Assembly: GCA_026936335.1 (NCBI GenBank)
Contig: JAPMXV010000067.1
Location: 62,001-126,000, forward strand
Origin: Mantamonas sphyraenae STR306
Taxonomy: Eukaryota; Protista; CRuMs
Reading direction: 5' to 3'
DNA: 64,000 bases
Part shown: positions 53,628-64,000 of the stretch, in pieces
Position numbering within the stretch: position 1 is the stretch's first letter
Layout: each line of letters starts with the position of its first letter
Position numbers and translations under genes: made by a program
The notes under the pieces: model-generated
Databases searched by the model: none
Told to the model about the DNA's origin: nothing
The model's input: only the letters and a program-made list of their open reading frames with translations

Positions 53628-54280
53628 ATCCTCACTCGTCTCTTCGTCACTCCCATCTCACATGCTTCACATACCCCACCGCGTCCCCAAGTCGCCGCCT
53701 CCTTCCCCCACACGCCCCATACAAACGCCTCGTCCCCTCCACTCCTTCTTCTCCCCCTCCATCCCTCTAATCAGCGCCGACGCTGTATCTCCAATTCCTT
53801 TCTCCTTGAACCCCCCACCAGCGCATGTTCCACAACCTCGCCTCTTTCTGAGCATCGCACACCATCACCACCCTCTCCATCCGTCCCCACCATCCACACG
53901 TGGCACCCTGTGTCTCCTTCCAGCCACGCCTGCATCATGTCACCCACCATCTCCACGAAAGACAGCACCCCATCCACAATGACCACCCACTGCCTCCATT
54001 CCCACCCTCCCTTGCCACGCCCCACCACTTGTCCTTACCAACCACGTGTCACCCCCACAGACATCCACCCGCTCCCTCTCTCTCACACTCCCTTCCCTTC
54101 TCCCCCTTCCAACCCGTCACTATTCCACACCCATTCCAACCCGGCCCCACACACCCCCACCCATTCCAATCTCCCCCAAACCCCCACCATTCCCCAACTC
54201 CTCAAACACCACACTCTCCCCATCACAAGAACCCCCCCCCCACCCCCATGCTCTCCCGCACCAAGCCAACAATGGTTCAT

Positions 54281-54663
54281 TTAAGCAGTCAGCACGCAAG
54301 CACCGCCCACCTTCTTGATCTTGCGCTCGGCCTCGGCAGAAAAGAACTTGGCCTTCACAATCACCGGCTGCTTCGGCAGCACTCCCTTGCCCAGCAGCTT
54401 GTAGAAGCCAGCCTTGGTGATGTCAATCACAGGCACCTTGTCCCCAGTCTTGGCTCCAGCGTACTTGGTGCGCGTCTCCTCGCTCACCAGCGTCCACAGC
54501 TTGTCCACGTTCAGCGCCGGGCGGTAGAACTTCTGCTGCGTCTTGTGGAAGTAGCGCATGCCGACCTTACCAAAGTAACCCGGATGGTAACGATCAAACA
54601 GGGTACGGTGGTGCGTCAGGCCACCCGCGTTACCGCGTCCACCCGGATGCTTTCGGTGCTTGC
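54281..54663 (-). pseudogene. RPL27A: Orphan duplicate of the RPL27A last exon (no adjacent upstream exons)
   Basis: [15 protein letters not shown]...GGACVLTA is intact and the CCCACAG acceptor is retained, but upstream sequence runs into the ankyrin copy 2 stop. Confidence 0.75.
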
Positions 54664-54779
54664 CTGTGGGTTCAATGCACACACACTCACACACACGCAG
54701 AAGCACACCAGAATCAACATTGATCCGTGTTTGCACACACATTCCTCACACACTCACTCTCTCCACTTCTCATGTGATC

Positions 54780-55847
54780 CTAGATGCAATGGGCAGAGTG
54801 GCCGTCGTCGGCAATATGGTTGATGTCTGCCCCAGCCTCCCACAAGGACTCCACCGTGTCTGCCATGCCCAGTGCCGCTGCCAACTCCACCGCTGTGTAT
54901 CCTGGGTGTCTGCTGTCCTGCCTCGACACCTCTTCATTCGGGTCTGCCCCTGCCTGCAGCAGCACTTCCACCCGTGCCCCGTATCCCACACGCACAGCAT
55001 GCAGCAACGCTGTTTCCCCACGTGCACTGCGTGCATCCACCTCTGCACCCCTCTCCAACAGCACCTTTACCGTCTCCGCCGACCCGTGTGGAGCAGAGGC
55101 TGCCAGGAGCAGAGCCGTGCAGCCGCTGTGTCGCTCTTGAGCCTCGAGGTCAGCTCCAGCCTCAACCAGCATCTCCACCATGCGACTGCTGCCACATTCC
55201 ACTGCGTACATGAGCGCCGTCTTGGATTCGTAGGTGCGTGTTTCCGTGTCTGCGCCTGCCTGCAGAAGGAGGTTGAGCACCTGCGGCTGGTTCTCCCTGG
55301 CCGCATGGGTCAGTGCCGTCCAGTTTCCCCTTCGCACTGCATTCACATCCGCCCCAGCGTCCATCAACACACGGAGGGTGTCCACATGTCCACCCTTGGC
55401 TGCCAGCTGCAACGGCGTCCAGGCCAGGCTGTTGCTGGTGTGTGGGTCTGCCCCGTGGCTCAGCAGCATGTCCACAATGGCTGTGTGTCCCTTGGCTGCT
55501 GCCACACTGAGTGCGGTGCTGCCGTCCTGCTTCCTGGCTTCCACGTCGGCCTGGGCCTCCAGGAGCAGTCGCACCAGATCCACGCTGCTGCTGCTATCCA
55601 CGTCGCAGGCAAGCAGCAAGGGTGTCCAGCCCAGGGCGTTGGCTGCGTTGACGTCGGCACCGTTGTGGAGCAGCGCTTGCACGGTTTGTGGCATCGTGTG
55701 TGCCGTGGCGGCGAGGAGGGCGGTCCATTTGCCGTCGCCGCGGACGTTCACGAGGGATGGATCGAGAGAGGCGAGGGCGTTGAGGGAGCCATGGAGGCCA
55801 TTGGAAGCTTGGGTGATGAGTTTCCTGGTGGAGGAGAGGGAGGACAT
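54780..55847 (-). CDS. Ankyrin-repeat protein (copy 2, C-terminus shortened by ~23 aa at the duplication junction)
   Basis: Near-identical to copy 1 but ends DDGHSAHCI* rather than DDGHSVHSLATLF...RLK*. Confidence 0.88.
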   Translation of the reverse strand: MSSLSSTRKLITQASNGLHGSLNALASLDPSLVNVRGDGKWTALLAATAHTMPQTVQALLHNGADVNAANALGWTPLLLACDVDSSSSVDLVRLLLEAQADVEARKQDGSTALSVAAAKGHTAIVDMLLSHGADPHTSNSLAWTPLQLAAKGGHVDTLRVLMDAGADVNAVRRGNWTALTHAARENQPQVLNLLLQAGADTETRTYESKTALMYAVECGSSRMVEMLVEAGADLEAQERHSGCTALLLAASAPHGSAETVKVLLERGAEVDARSARGETALLHAVRVGYGARVEVLLQAGADPNEEVSRQDSRHPGYTAVELAAALGMADTVESLWEAGADINHIADDGHSAHCI

Positions 55848-55952
55848 TGTTAAAGGGAACGGAAGGGTGTTGGTGTGTGTGTGTGTGTGTGGGTTTGGGG
55901 GAAGGTGCGCTGGGGGAGGCAATTGTTGTTGAAGAGAGGGTTGTGAGAGAGA

Positions 55953-58900
55953 ATGAGCAGGGGAAGGGACAGAGACAGAGGGGCAAGGAGAAGGAGGAAG
56001 GGTGGGAAGGGAGAGGTGAGGGAGATGCAGACACGGTTTGTGGAGGTGGAGGTGTCAGGAGGGAGTGGAGAAGGAGGAGGAAAAGGGACAGGGGAGGAAG
56101 AGGGGAAGGAGGAGGAGGATGATGAGGGTGTGGATGTGGAGGGAGTGGGGAGGGTGGAAGGGAGGCACACGGGTGAGTCATCGTCGTCGTCAGGAGGGAG
56201 GGAGGGGCAGGGAAAGGCAGGGAACGCGAAAGGAAGGAGGAAGTTCGGTGATCACCGGTGGGAGAAGGGCGGAATGAGGGATGTGAGGGTGCTGGTGCTG
56301 GGGAATGATGGAGATGGGACACTGGGATCTGTGGAGGAGCTGCGGGTGATTGAAGGGGCATGTCGAGGGAGGGCGATGGATGTATTGGGGCAAGTGGCCA
56401 CACAGCAGGCGGAAGTCCTGCGGCTGGTGCGCGAGTATGGGCAGCACATCGTGCATATTGTGTTTCACATGGGCAAAGAGATGGTGATGAGTGGGGATGC
56501 GCCAGTGACGTGCGATACGCTCGTGGAAGCGGTGTGGGAGGCAGGGCCTGTGCTGGTGTTTCTGAACGGGTGTGAGAGCGAGGAGATGGCAAAGAAGGTG
56601 GGTGAGTATGTGCCAGTGGTGGTTGGATATAGGGAGAAGGTGATGGATGGGGCAGCTGTGAAGATGGCAGGGGCGTTCTATGGGGCATTGGGAGCGGGAG
56701 AAAGCGTGGAGACGGCGTTTGGGGAAGGCCAGAAGGCGGCAGGGGACAGGGAGGGGAAGAAGGCAGTGTTGGTGACATGGGAGGGGTGGGAGAAGGAGAG
56801 GCTGGTGAATGGGAGAGGGAGGAGTGCAAAGGAGGCAGAGGCAGGATGGGCAAAGCGCGTGGACAATCTCAGCATGAAGAGGGAGCTTGTGGAGAGGAAT
56901 GGGGTCATGGAGGAGGTGTGGGGAGAAGAAAGGGTGGTGGTACTGCATGGAGCACGGGGCATGGGCAAGACAAGCGTGGCAGAGATGTATGCGTGGAAGG
57001 TGAAAGAGGAAAGGGCGGCGGAGGTGGTGTGGTGGGTGCATGGGCAGAGTAGGGAGGAGGTGGTGAGTGATGTGCTGCAACTGGGAGTGGCATTGGGGGT
57101 GATTACGGATGAAAAGGTGGAGATGGCGAACAAGGAGGAGGTGCGGGAAGGGATGGCGGGGCAGACAATGCGTGCGCTGAAGGGACGACGGTGGGTGATG
57201 GTTGTGGATGGAGTGGAGGAGTGGGGCGATGTGGAACCTGTGCTGCAGGAGGGAGGGACGGTGGTGGTGACGACGTGGAAGGATGGGATTTGGGACAAGA
57301 GGGCGGTGAACAAAGTGGTGCGAGTGGGGATCATGGAGGATGAGGAGGTGGATGAAGTGTTTGCCAGTGAAGGGGTGGTGGTGGTGGATGGAAAGGATGA
57401 TGAGAGGGAGGTGAAGGCGTATGGGGAGCTGAAGGAGCTTCTGGGAGGGATGGCGCTGGCTGTGCGACAAGCAGCGGCTGTGATTGGGGAAGAAGAAGAC
57501 GAAACGCGAGTGAGCGACTTCAGAGAGGGACTGAAGGCGAGCTTGGAGGATATGGAGGATGGAATTGTGTCTGACGCGTATGACAAGACGGCGATGGCAG
57601 TGTGGAAGCTGGCGATGGAGGCAGCTGGGGAGGAGAACGGGGATGCAGTGGGACTGATGCAGTGTCTGGCACTGTTGGATGGAGGAGGGGTGCAGGAGAG
57701 GGTGGTAGTCACGCTGATGGAGGGTGTGAAGGGCGTTGGTAGCAGAGATAAGGCCAAGAGGAGAGCGAAGAAGGCTCTGAAGGCGCTGAAGCGTGTGTCG
57801 CTTGTGCAACGGGCTGTGGATGGGGATGGTTGGCAGGTGCATGGACTGGTGCAGATGATGACGCGGGAAGGGGAGGTGCTGCAGGTGGAGGCAGACGGGG
57901 GGATGGAGGCATGCCAGCGTGTGCTGAAGATGATGGGGAAGGAGTTTGCCTTTGATCCAAGTGAGCCACTGGAAGAGCTGGTGTGGCACAGAGAGATGCT
58001 GATGCATGGGGAGCGGGTGTGGAGGGTGTGTCATGCAGCGTGCCAAGCTTCAGGTGAAGTGCAAGACGTGTGTTGGGTTGGGCAGAACGTGGCAGAGGTG
58101 CACATGTGGATGGGAGCATATGGGGAGGCGGAGAGGGTGCTGGTGGAGGTGATGGAGGTGCAGAAGAGGGCAGGCATGGATGGTGAGGAAATTGAGGGAT
58201 GGGCAAGAAGTTTGGCCATCATGGCTGGGGTGCACTTTGCCAAGGGAGAGTACGATAGTGCATTGGAGCTGTATGAGCAGGCACTGGCGATCAGGCGACG
58301 TGTGCATGGTGGAGATGAGCACCCAGATGTGGCCAGAAGCATCAACAACATGGCCATGGTGTACGATGCCAAGGGAGAGTACGATCGGGCACTGGAGCTG
58401 TATGAGCAGGCACTGGGGATCAGGCGACGCGTGCATGGTGGAGATGAGCACCCGTCTGTGGCCACGTGCATCATCAACATGGCTGGGGTGTACAAGGCCA
58501 AGGGAGAGTACAATCGGGCACTGGAGCTGTATGAGCAGGCACTGGGGATCAGGCGACGCGTGCATGGTGGAGATGAGCACCCAGATGTGGCCACGTGCAT
58601 CAACAACATGGCTGTGGTGTACCAGGCCAAGGGAGAGTACAATCGTACACTCGAGCTGTTTGAGCAGGCACTGGAGACCAGGCGACGCGTGCATGGTGGG
58701 GATGAGCACCCGGAAGTGGCAGCGAGCATCAACAACATGGCTGGGGTGTACTATGCCAAGGGAGAGTACAATCGGGCACTGAAGCTGTATGAGAAGGCAC
58801 TGGGGATCTGGCGACGTGTGCATGGTGGGGATGAGCACCCGGAAGTGGCAGCGAGCATCAACAACATGGCTGTGGTGTACAATGACAAGGGAGAATGCGA

Positions 58901-59807
58901 TCGGGCACTGGAGCTGTATGAGCAAGCACTGGAGATCCTGCGACGTGTGCATGGTGGGGATGAGCACCCGAATGTGGCCACGAGCATCAACAGCATGGCC
59001 ATGGTGTACTATGCCAAGGGAGAGTACAATCGGGCACTGGAGCTGTATGAGAAGGCACTGGGGATCTGGCGACGTGTGCATGGTGGGGATGAGCACCCGT
59101 CTGTGGCAGCGAGCATCAACAACATGGCTGTGGTGTACCATGCCAAGGGAGAGTACGATCGTGCACTGGAGCTGTATGAGCAGGCACTGGAGATCCTGCG
59201 ACGTGTGCATGGTGGAGATGAGCACCCAGATGTGGCCAGAAGCATCAACAACATGGCCATGGTGTACTATGCCAAGGGAGAGTACAATCGGGCACTGGAG
59301 CTGTATGAGAAGGCACTGGGGATCTGGCGACGTGTGCATGGTGGGGATGAGCACCCGTCTGTGGCTACGAGCATCAACAACATGGCTGTGGTGTACAACG
59401 CCAAGGGAGAGTACGATCGGGCACTGGAGCTGTTTGAGCAGGCACTGGCGATCGAGCGACGGGTGCGTGGTGGGGATGAGCACCCAGATGATGCCATGAG
59501 CATCAACAACATGGCCATGGTGTACCAGGCCAAAGGAGAGTACGATCGTGCATTGGAGCTGTATGAGCAAGCACTGGAGATCTTGCGACGGGTGCATGGT
59601 GGGGATGAGCACCCGAATGTGGCCACGAGCATCATCAACATGGCCATGGTGTACTATGCCAAGGGAGAGTACGATCGTGCACTGGAACTGTATGAGCAGG
59701 CAAGGGAACTCCTCCACATGACACCAGTATCCCCTGAGCTTGTCCTCGCTGTCTCCATTGGCATTCAGAGATGCACTCAGAAGCTATCGTCCCCGAACAC
59801 GCAGTGA
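55953..59807 (+). CDS. NLR-like CHAT-NB-ARC-TPR protein (copy 2, twelve TPR units)
   Basis: VHIVFHMG and LVFLNGCES; HGARGMGKT; WVMVVDGVE; GGMALAV; twelve 43-aa TPR units. Confidence 0.88.
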   Translation: MSRGRDRDRGARRRRKGGKGEVREMQTRFVEVEVSGGSGEGGGKGTGEEEGKEEEDDEGVDVEGVGRVEGRHTGESSSSSGGREGQGKAGNAKGRRKFGDHRWEKGGMRDVRVLVLGNDGDGTLGSVEELRVIEGACRGRAMDVLGQVATQQAEVLRLVREYGQHIVHIVFHMGKEMVMSGDAPVTCDTLVEAVWEAGPVLVFLNGCESEEMAKKVGEYVPVVVGYREKVMDGAAVKMAGAFYGALGAGESVETAFGEGQKAAGDREGKKAVLVTWEGWEKERLVNGRGRSAKEAEAGWAKRVDNLSMKRELVERNGVMEEVWGEERVVVLHGARGMGKTSVAEMYAWKVKEERAAEVVWWVHGQSREEVVSDVLQLGVALGVITDEKVEMANKEEVREGMAGQTMRALKGRRWVMVVDGVEEWGDVEPVLQEGGTVVVTTWKDGIWDKRAVNKVVRVGIMEDEEVDEVFASEGVVVVDGKDDEREVKAYGELKELLGGMALAVRQAAAVIGEEEDETRVSDFREGLKASLEDMEDGIVSDAYDKTAMAVWKLAMEAAGEENGDAVGLMQCLALLDGGGVQERVVVTLMEGVKGVGSRDKAKRRAKKALKALKRVSLVQRAVDGDGWQVHGLVQMMTREGEVLQVEADGGMEACQRVLKMMGKEFAFDPSEPLEELVWHREMLMHGERVWRVCHAACQASGEVQDVCWVGQNVAEVHMWMGAYGEAERVLVEVMEVQKRAGMDGEEIEGWARSLAIMAGVHFAKGEYDSALELYEQALAIRRRVHGGDEHPDVARSINNMAMVYDAKGEYDRALELYEQALGIRRRVHGGDEHPSVATCIINMAGVYKAKGEYNRALELYEQALGIRRRVHGGDEHPDVATCINNMAVVYQAKGEYNRTLELFEQALETRRRVHGGDEHPEVAASINNMAGVYYAKGEYNRALKLYEKALGIWRRVHGGDEHPEVAASINNMAVVYNDKGECDRALELYEQALEILRRVHGGDEHPNVATSINSMAMVYYAKGEYNRALELYEKALGIWRRVHGGDEHPSVAASINNMAVVYHAKGEYDRALELYEQALEILRRVHGGDEHPDVARSINNMAMVYYAKGEYNRALELYEKALGIWRRVHGGDEHPSVATSINNMAVVYNAKGEYDRALELFEQALAIERRVRGGDEHPDDAMSINNMAMVYQAKGEYDRALELYEQALEILRRVHGGDEHPNVATSIINMAMVYYAKGEYDRALELYEQARELLHMTPVSPELVLAVSIGIQRCTQKLSSPNTQ
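58201..59700 (+). repeat. 129-bp coding tandem repeat (TPR), twelve units
   Basis: Highly similar units with variation confined to a few codons. Confidence 0.93.
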
Positions 59808-60453
59808 ATCCTCACTCCTCTCTTCGTCACTCCCTCACCACCCATCTCACATGCTCCAAGTGCACCACGTTGTCCCGGGAATGTACAACCACCTGTACCA
59901 CCCCCCTGACGGTCTGAAGGTGTATCTACCCCCACCATCTTGCCCTTCCCCTGACCTCCACCTCTCTGACCGGCGCCGACGCACCCCTTGTTCCTCGTAC
60001 GGGTCTCCTTGATCCCCAACGAATGCATATTCCACACTCTATTCGCCTCTGTCTGAGGATCTTACTTAACCACCCTCTCCATCCGTCCACCATCCACACG
60101 TGGCTCCCTGTGTCTCCTTCCAGCCACGACTTCATCATGTGCCCAGCACCCCATCCACAATGACCACCCACTGCCTCCATACGCACCCCTCCCTTGCCAC
60201 ACCCACCACCACTTGTCCCTGCCCACCACGTGTCACCCTCCCTGCACCCCACCCGCTCCTTTCCCAGCATCTCTCTTACTCTTTACACTCCCTTTCGCAT
60301 TTTCCCTTCTCCCCCTTCCAACCCCCCACCATTCCCCACAATCTCCAATTTCCTCAAACACCCTTCACACTCTCCCCATCACAAGACCCGCACCTACCCC
60401 CCCCAACCCCCCCCCCCCCCATGCTCTCCCGCACCAAGCCAACAATGGTTCAT

Positions 60454-61567
60454 TTAAGCAGTCAGCACGCAAGCACCGCCCACCTTCTTGATCTTGCGCT
60501 CGGCCTCGGCAGAAAAGAACTTGGCCTTCACAATCACTGGCTGCTTCGGCAGCACTCCCTTGCCCAGCAGCTTGTAGAAGCCAGCCTTGGTGATGTCAAT
60601 CACAGGCACCTTGTCCCCAGTCTTGGCTCCAGCGTACTTGGTGCGCGTCTCCTCGCTCACCAGCGTCCACAGCTTGTCCACGTTCAGCGCCGGGCGGTAG
60701 AACTTCTGCTGCGTCTTGTGGAAGTAGCGCATGCCGACCTTACCAAAGTAACCCGGATGGTAACGATCAAACAGGGTACGGTGGTGCGTCAGGCCACCCG
60801 CGTTACCGCGTCCACCCGGATGCTTTCGGTGCTTGCCTGTGGGTTCAATGCACACACACACACGTCACCGCCGTCCATGTTCCCCATTCTCTGTGTCAGC
60901 TGTCTGCACACACCCACTCCATCATTCCCCATTCCCCCTTCCCCTCTCTCCCTTTCCCCGTTCCTCCACCTCTTCTCTATCCTCCACCGCAGGGCTGCCT
61001 TCATCCTTTGCCAAAGCCGCATTTTTCCCACCCGCCCAGCCACAATTCCCCTCCTCCTGCTCCTTCCGTGCCACCCCACTCCCCTCTCTTCCATCTCTCC
61101 CCATGCACACACCATCCATGCACCCGTTCCCACGCTCCCCATCCCCGTCCGGTCTCCCTTGCGTCGTCCAGGTGGCCCGTTCCCGGCCGCCCCTCGCATG
61201 CAAACCCGCGCCGGCCAGCCATCTTCCCCGCCCATGCCTCCCTGCACCCACTCTGCACCACCCTCCACCCTTCACCATCCTTCCACCAACCCCATCCACC
61301 CATCCACCGCCCATTCCTCCCATTTCCACCTATCCATCGTCCTGCAGCCCCGCCCAAACCCTCTCCCTCGCGCAATCCACCCCGACCCTCCAACTCACCG
61401 ACACGACCGTGACCAGCGCTCACGTGTCCTCGCTTCTTGCGGTTCTTGCTCAAACGGGCAACCTGCACATACATCCCAACCCAACCCAAATGTGTGTCAG
61501 TTTCCCACACACCCATTTCCACAATGCCTCCCCACACGTCGCCGTTCTCGCTGCCAAAGCTCACCAT
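60454..61567 (-). CDS. RPL27A: 60S ribosomal protein L27a (uL15); 3 exons (ATG-only exon, ~61462-61399, 60836-60454)
   Basis: ATG|GTGAGC; [21 protein letters not shown](G)|GTGAGT; [14 protein letters not shown]...[15 protein letters not shown]...GGACVLTA. Confidence 0.93.
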
Positions 61568-61754
61568 TTTCTATTGTGTTTTTGCTGGTGCCGCTCTCGC
61601 ATGCATACACAGCACCCGACACCAAACCACCGCACCCACGCACCCACGCACCTCATCCAAGGACGGGACCTCGCCTGTGATGCCACGTGCAATGCTGCAT
61701 ACCCGCATTCGGGCCCGAGGCTACGCGAGTGCCCAGTCCGGCCCAGCCGAAACG

Positions 61755-63476
61755 ATGTCCCAACAGTCCAAGCTTCTTTCAACGGAGAGCGACCTGCGCA
61801 GCAGCGGGAAGAAACTGAGCATTGTCAACTTCCAGTCGCATCTGGAGCAGTCCATTGCCTCTCAGATCGACGAGGCGGTGGAAAACCTGGGGATGTCCGA
61901 TGCCGAGAAGCAGGGCTTCAGCACCCTCTACCAGCGTTTCCTCAACGAACGCAAGAATGTCATCGATTGGGACAAAATCCAGCTGGTCGACGACGTACGT
62001 GTGCATGTGCATGCCCACAGGCGCCGGCACATTGGACACATTCCTGCGCTGCCGGCGTCCGTTTTTGCAGCCGTTTGTTTCCCCTCTTCTTGCCCCTTCG
62101 TCGCTAACCGCGCCCACGTTGCCACGGCACAGGAAACCGTCATTCCCTACGATTCCCTGGACGAGTGTGCGCCCGAGGACATCAAGGAGCTGCTGTCGGG
62201 TCTGGTGGTGCTCAAGCTCAACGGCGGTGAGTTTTCGGGGTTGTGTGCAGAGGGAAAGGGAATGACGCAACCCTCAAAGTCACTGACACAACACCCCCCC
62301 CCCCGGCTTCGCACAGGACTGGGCACAACCATGGGCTGCAAGGGACCAAAGAGTGCCATCGAGGTGCGCGACGACATGACGTTCCTGGACCTGACGGTGC
62401 GGCAAATCGAGTTTCTGAACGACAAGTACGACGTGGATGTGCCGCTGGTGCTGATGAACTCGTTCAACACGCAGGCGGAAACGGAAAAGATTGTGCGAAA
62501 GTACGACCAGCACAACGTCAACGTGGTGTCGTTCCAACAGTCGCAATACCCGCGTATCAGCAAGGACACGCTGTTGCCCATTGTGAACGGTGAGGACAAG
62601 GACAACAAGGACGGGTGGTATCCTCCGGGCCACGGCGACATCTACTCGTCGTTTTACAACTCGGGACTGATGGAATCGTTCCTGCAACAGGGCAAGAAGT
62701 ACCTGTTTCTGTCCAACGTGGACAACCTGGGTGCCACGGTGGACCTGAACATCCTGCGTCACTTTGCCGCCCAGAACCTGGAGTTCATCATGGAGGTCAC
62801 CGACAAGACACGCGCCGACGTGAAAGGCGGCACCCTCATCGAGTACGAGGACCGCGTCAAGTTGCTCGAAGTGGCCCAGGTGCCGGCAGAGAACCTGGAG
62901 GAGTTTAAGAGCATCAAAAAGTTCAAGATCTTCAACACCAACAACCTGTGGATCAACATCGAGGCCGCACACAAGGTGGTCACACAGGGCAACCTCAAGC
63001 TGGAGGTGATCCAGAACAACAAGACGGTCAACGGGGTCAAGGTGATCCAACTCGAGACGGCCTGCGGTGCTGCCATCCAACACTTTGAGCGCAGCGTGGG
63101 CATCAACGTGCCTCGCTCTCGCTTCCTGCCGGTCAAGAGCACTTCCGACCTGTTTATTGTGCAGAGCAACCTGTTTGAGGTGAACCACGGCAGTTTGGTG
63201 ATGAACCCGCGCAGGCAGATCTCCACCGTGCCTCTCGTCAAGCTCGGACCCAAGTTCAAGCATGTCGACGCCTACATGGAGCGCATCAAGTCGCCCCCCG
63301 ATCTGCTCGAGTTGGACCATCTCACCGTCAGTGGCGACGTCACTTTTGGGTCGGATGTGTCGTTGAAGAGCACGGTGATCATTGTTGCTGCACAGGGTGC
63401 ACGCATCGACATCCCCTCCGGATCCAACCTGGAGAACAAAGTCATTACGGGCGATTTGCGCATCATGGACCACTGA
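61755..63476 (+). CDS. UGP1: UTP--glucose-1-phosphate uridylyltransferase (UGPase); two in-frame introns
   Basis: VLKLNGG|LGTTMGCKGPKS, WYPPGHGD, SNVDNLGA, KTRADVKGG, FNTNNLW and RSRFLPVKSTSDL. Confidence 0.95.
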   Translation: MSQQSKLLSTESDLRSSGKKLSIVNFQSHLEQSIASQIDEAVENLGMSDAEKQGFSTLYQRFLNERKNVIDWDKIQLVDDVRVHVHAHRRRHIGHIPALPASVFAAVCFPSSCPFVANRAHVATAQETVIPYDSLDECAPEDIKELLSGLVVLKLNGGEFSGLCAEGKGMTQPSKSLTQHPPPRLRTGLGTTMGCKGPKSAIEVRDDMTFLDLTVRQIEFLNDKYDVDVPLVLMNSFNTQAETEKIVRKYDQHNVNVVSFQQSQYPRISKDTLLPIVNGEDKDNKDGWYPPGHGDIYSSFYNSGLMESFLQQGKKYLFLSNVDNLGATVDLNILRHFAAQNLEFIMEVTDKTRADVKGGTLIEYEDRVKLLEVAQVPAENLEEFKSIKKFKIFNTNNLWINIEAAHKVVTQGNLKLEVIQNNKTVNGVKVIQLETACGAAIQHFERSVGINVPRSRFLPVKSTSDLFIVQSNLFEVNHGSLVMNPRRQISTVPLVKLGPKFKHVDAYMERIKSPPDLLELDHLTVSGDVTFGSDVSLKSTVIIVAAQGARIDIPSGSNLENKVITGDLRIMDH

Positions 63477-64000
63477 GCAAGGAGTGAGGAAAGGCCAACA
63501 ACGCAATGGAGACATCATGGAAACCCCGCCGAACGAACCAAATCAACCCCCCAAAACCCTTCTGAAACCCACCCTGCACGTGGGCCTGCATCAACCAGAT
63601 CCGAAACGATGTCCAGGCACCACCGCCTCGGCAGCTTGCATCGGATCGTGCGGCTGGTCGTGGTCCTGTGTGTGTGGTTGTGCCTGGCGACCGTGCTAGG
63701 CGCGCGTGGAGAGGAATGCGCAACCTACACAGCCAGGTTCAACGACCAGCCAGCGCGCACACATTCACCCGCAGAAACACAATGCCCACCACAGACGTGG
63801 ACAGGTACGCAGACGCACACACATGCACCCGGTCTCCTCCACCGACTGTCGGGCGATTCCGGCCGCCGTTGGTTGGACGTTAGTCCGGGCCCACTTCCAG
63901 ATCCCCGCTCGCATGGGCCCGTTTTTCCCACCTGCCCACGCGCCACTGACGCATCCGCCACGCCGTACACCAGTGTACACAGACCACATCCGTGCAGGAG

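Noticed and set aside
58201-59700. Regular 129-bp repeats resembling a CRISPR array or satellite
   Set aside because: They are in-frame TPR coding units with no unique spacers, and there are no cas genes.
61437-61754. N-terminal extension and internal insertions in the UGPase ORF
   Set aside because: The extension overlaps RPL27A exons and promoter, and the insertions are GT-AG introns that happen to stay in frame.
63480-64000. Possible 3' end of another gene at the window edge
   Set aside because: No recognisable motif or consistent reading frame could be supported.

Overview
Very gene-dense, GC-rich nuclear DNA from what appears to be a unicellular eukaryote. It has short GT-AG spliceosomal introns with CTGAC/CTRAC-like branch sites, (CA)n tracts, and genes often under 150 bp apart in head-to-head pairs. 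The organism cannot be named from the sequence. About 30 protein genes are recognisable. Most are housekeeping: YEATS protein, PHO88/SND3, kinesin-10, NOMO, three UBC4-type E2s, SMARCAL1-like helicase, CCDC90-like, GT4, TSC2, PYROXD1, LRR-DSP, CSN7, CSN9, ferredoxin, TBC GAP, MTMR14, MsrB, glutaredoxin-like, RPL27A, UGPase. Four things stand out. (1) A tandemly duplicated, immune-like module: an ankyrin-repeat gene head-to-head with a CHAT (caspase-like)-NB-ARC-TPR NLR-type gene, with variable TPR number and a locally divergent protease domain. (2) A 2.9-kb insert between 121-bp direct repeats encoding an innexin/pannexin/LRRC8-like four-TM protein. (3) A bacterial HU/IHF-like gene with two spliceosomal introns, which the ORF track misses. 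(4) A structured ~310-nt candidate ncRNA followed by a T-tract. All family calls come from motif recognition by eye; no searches were run.
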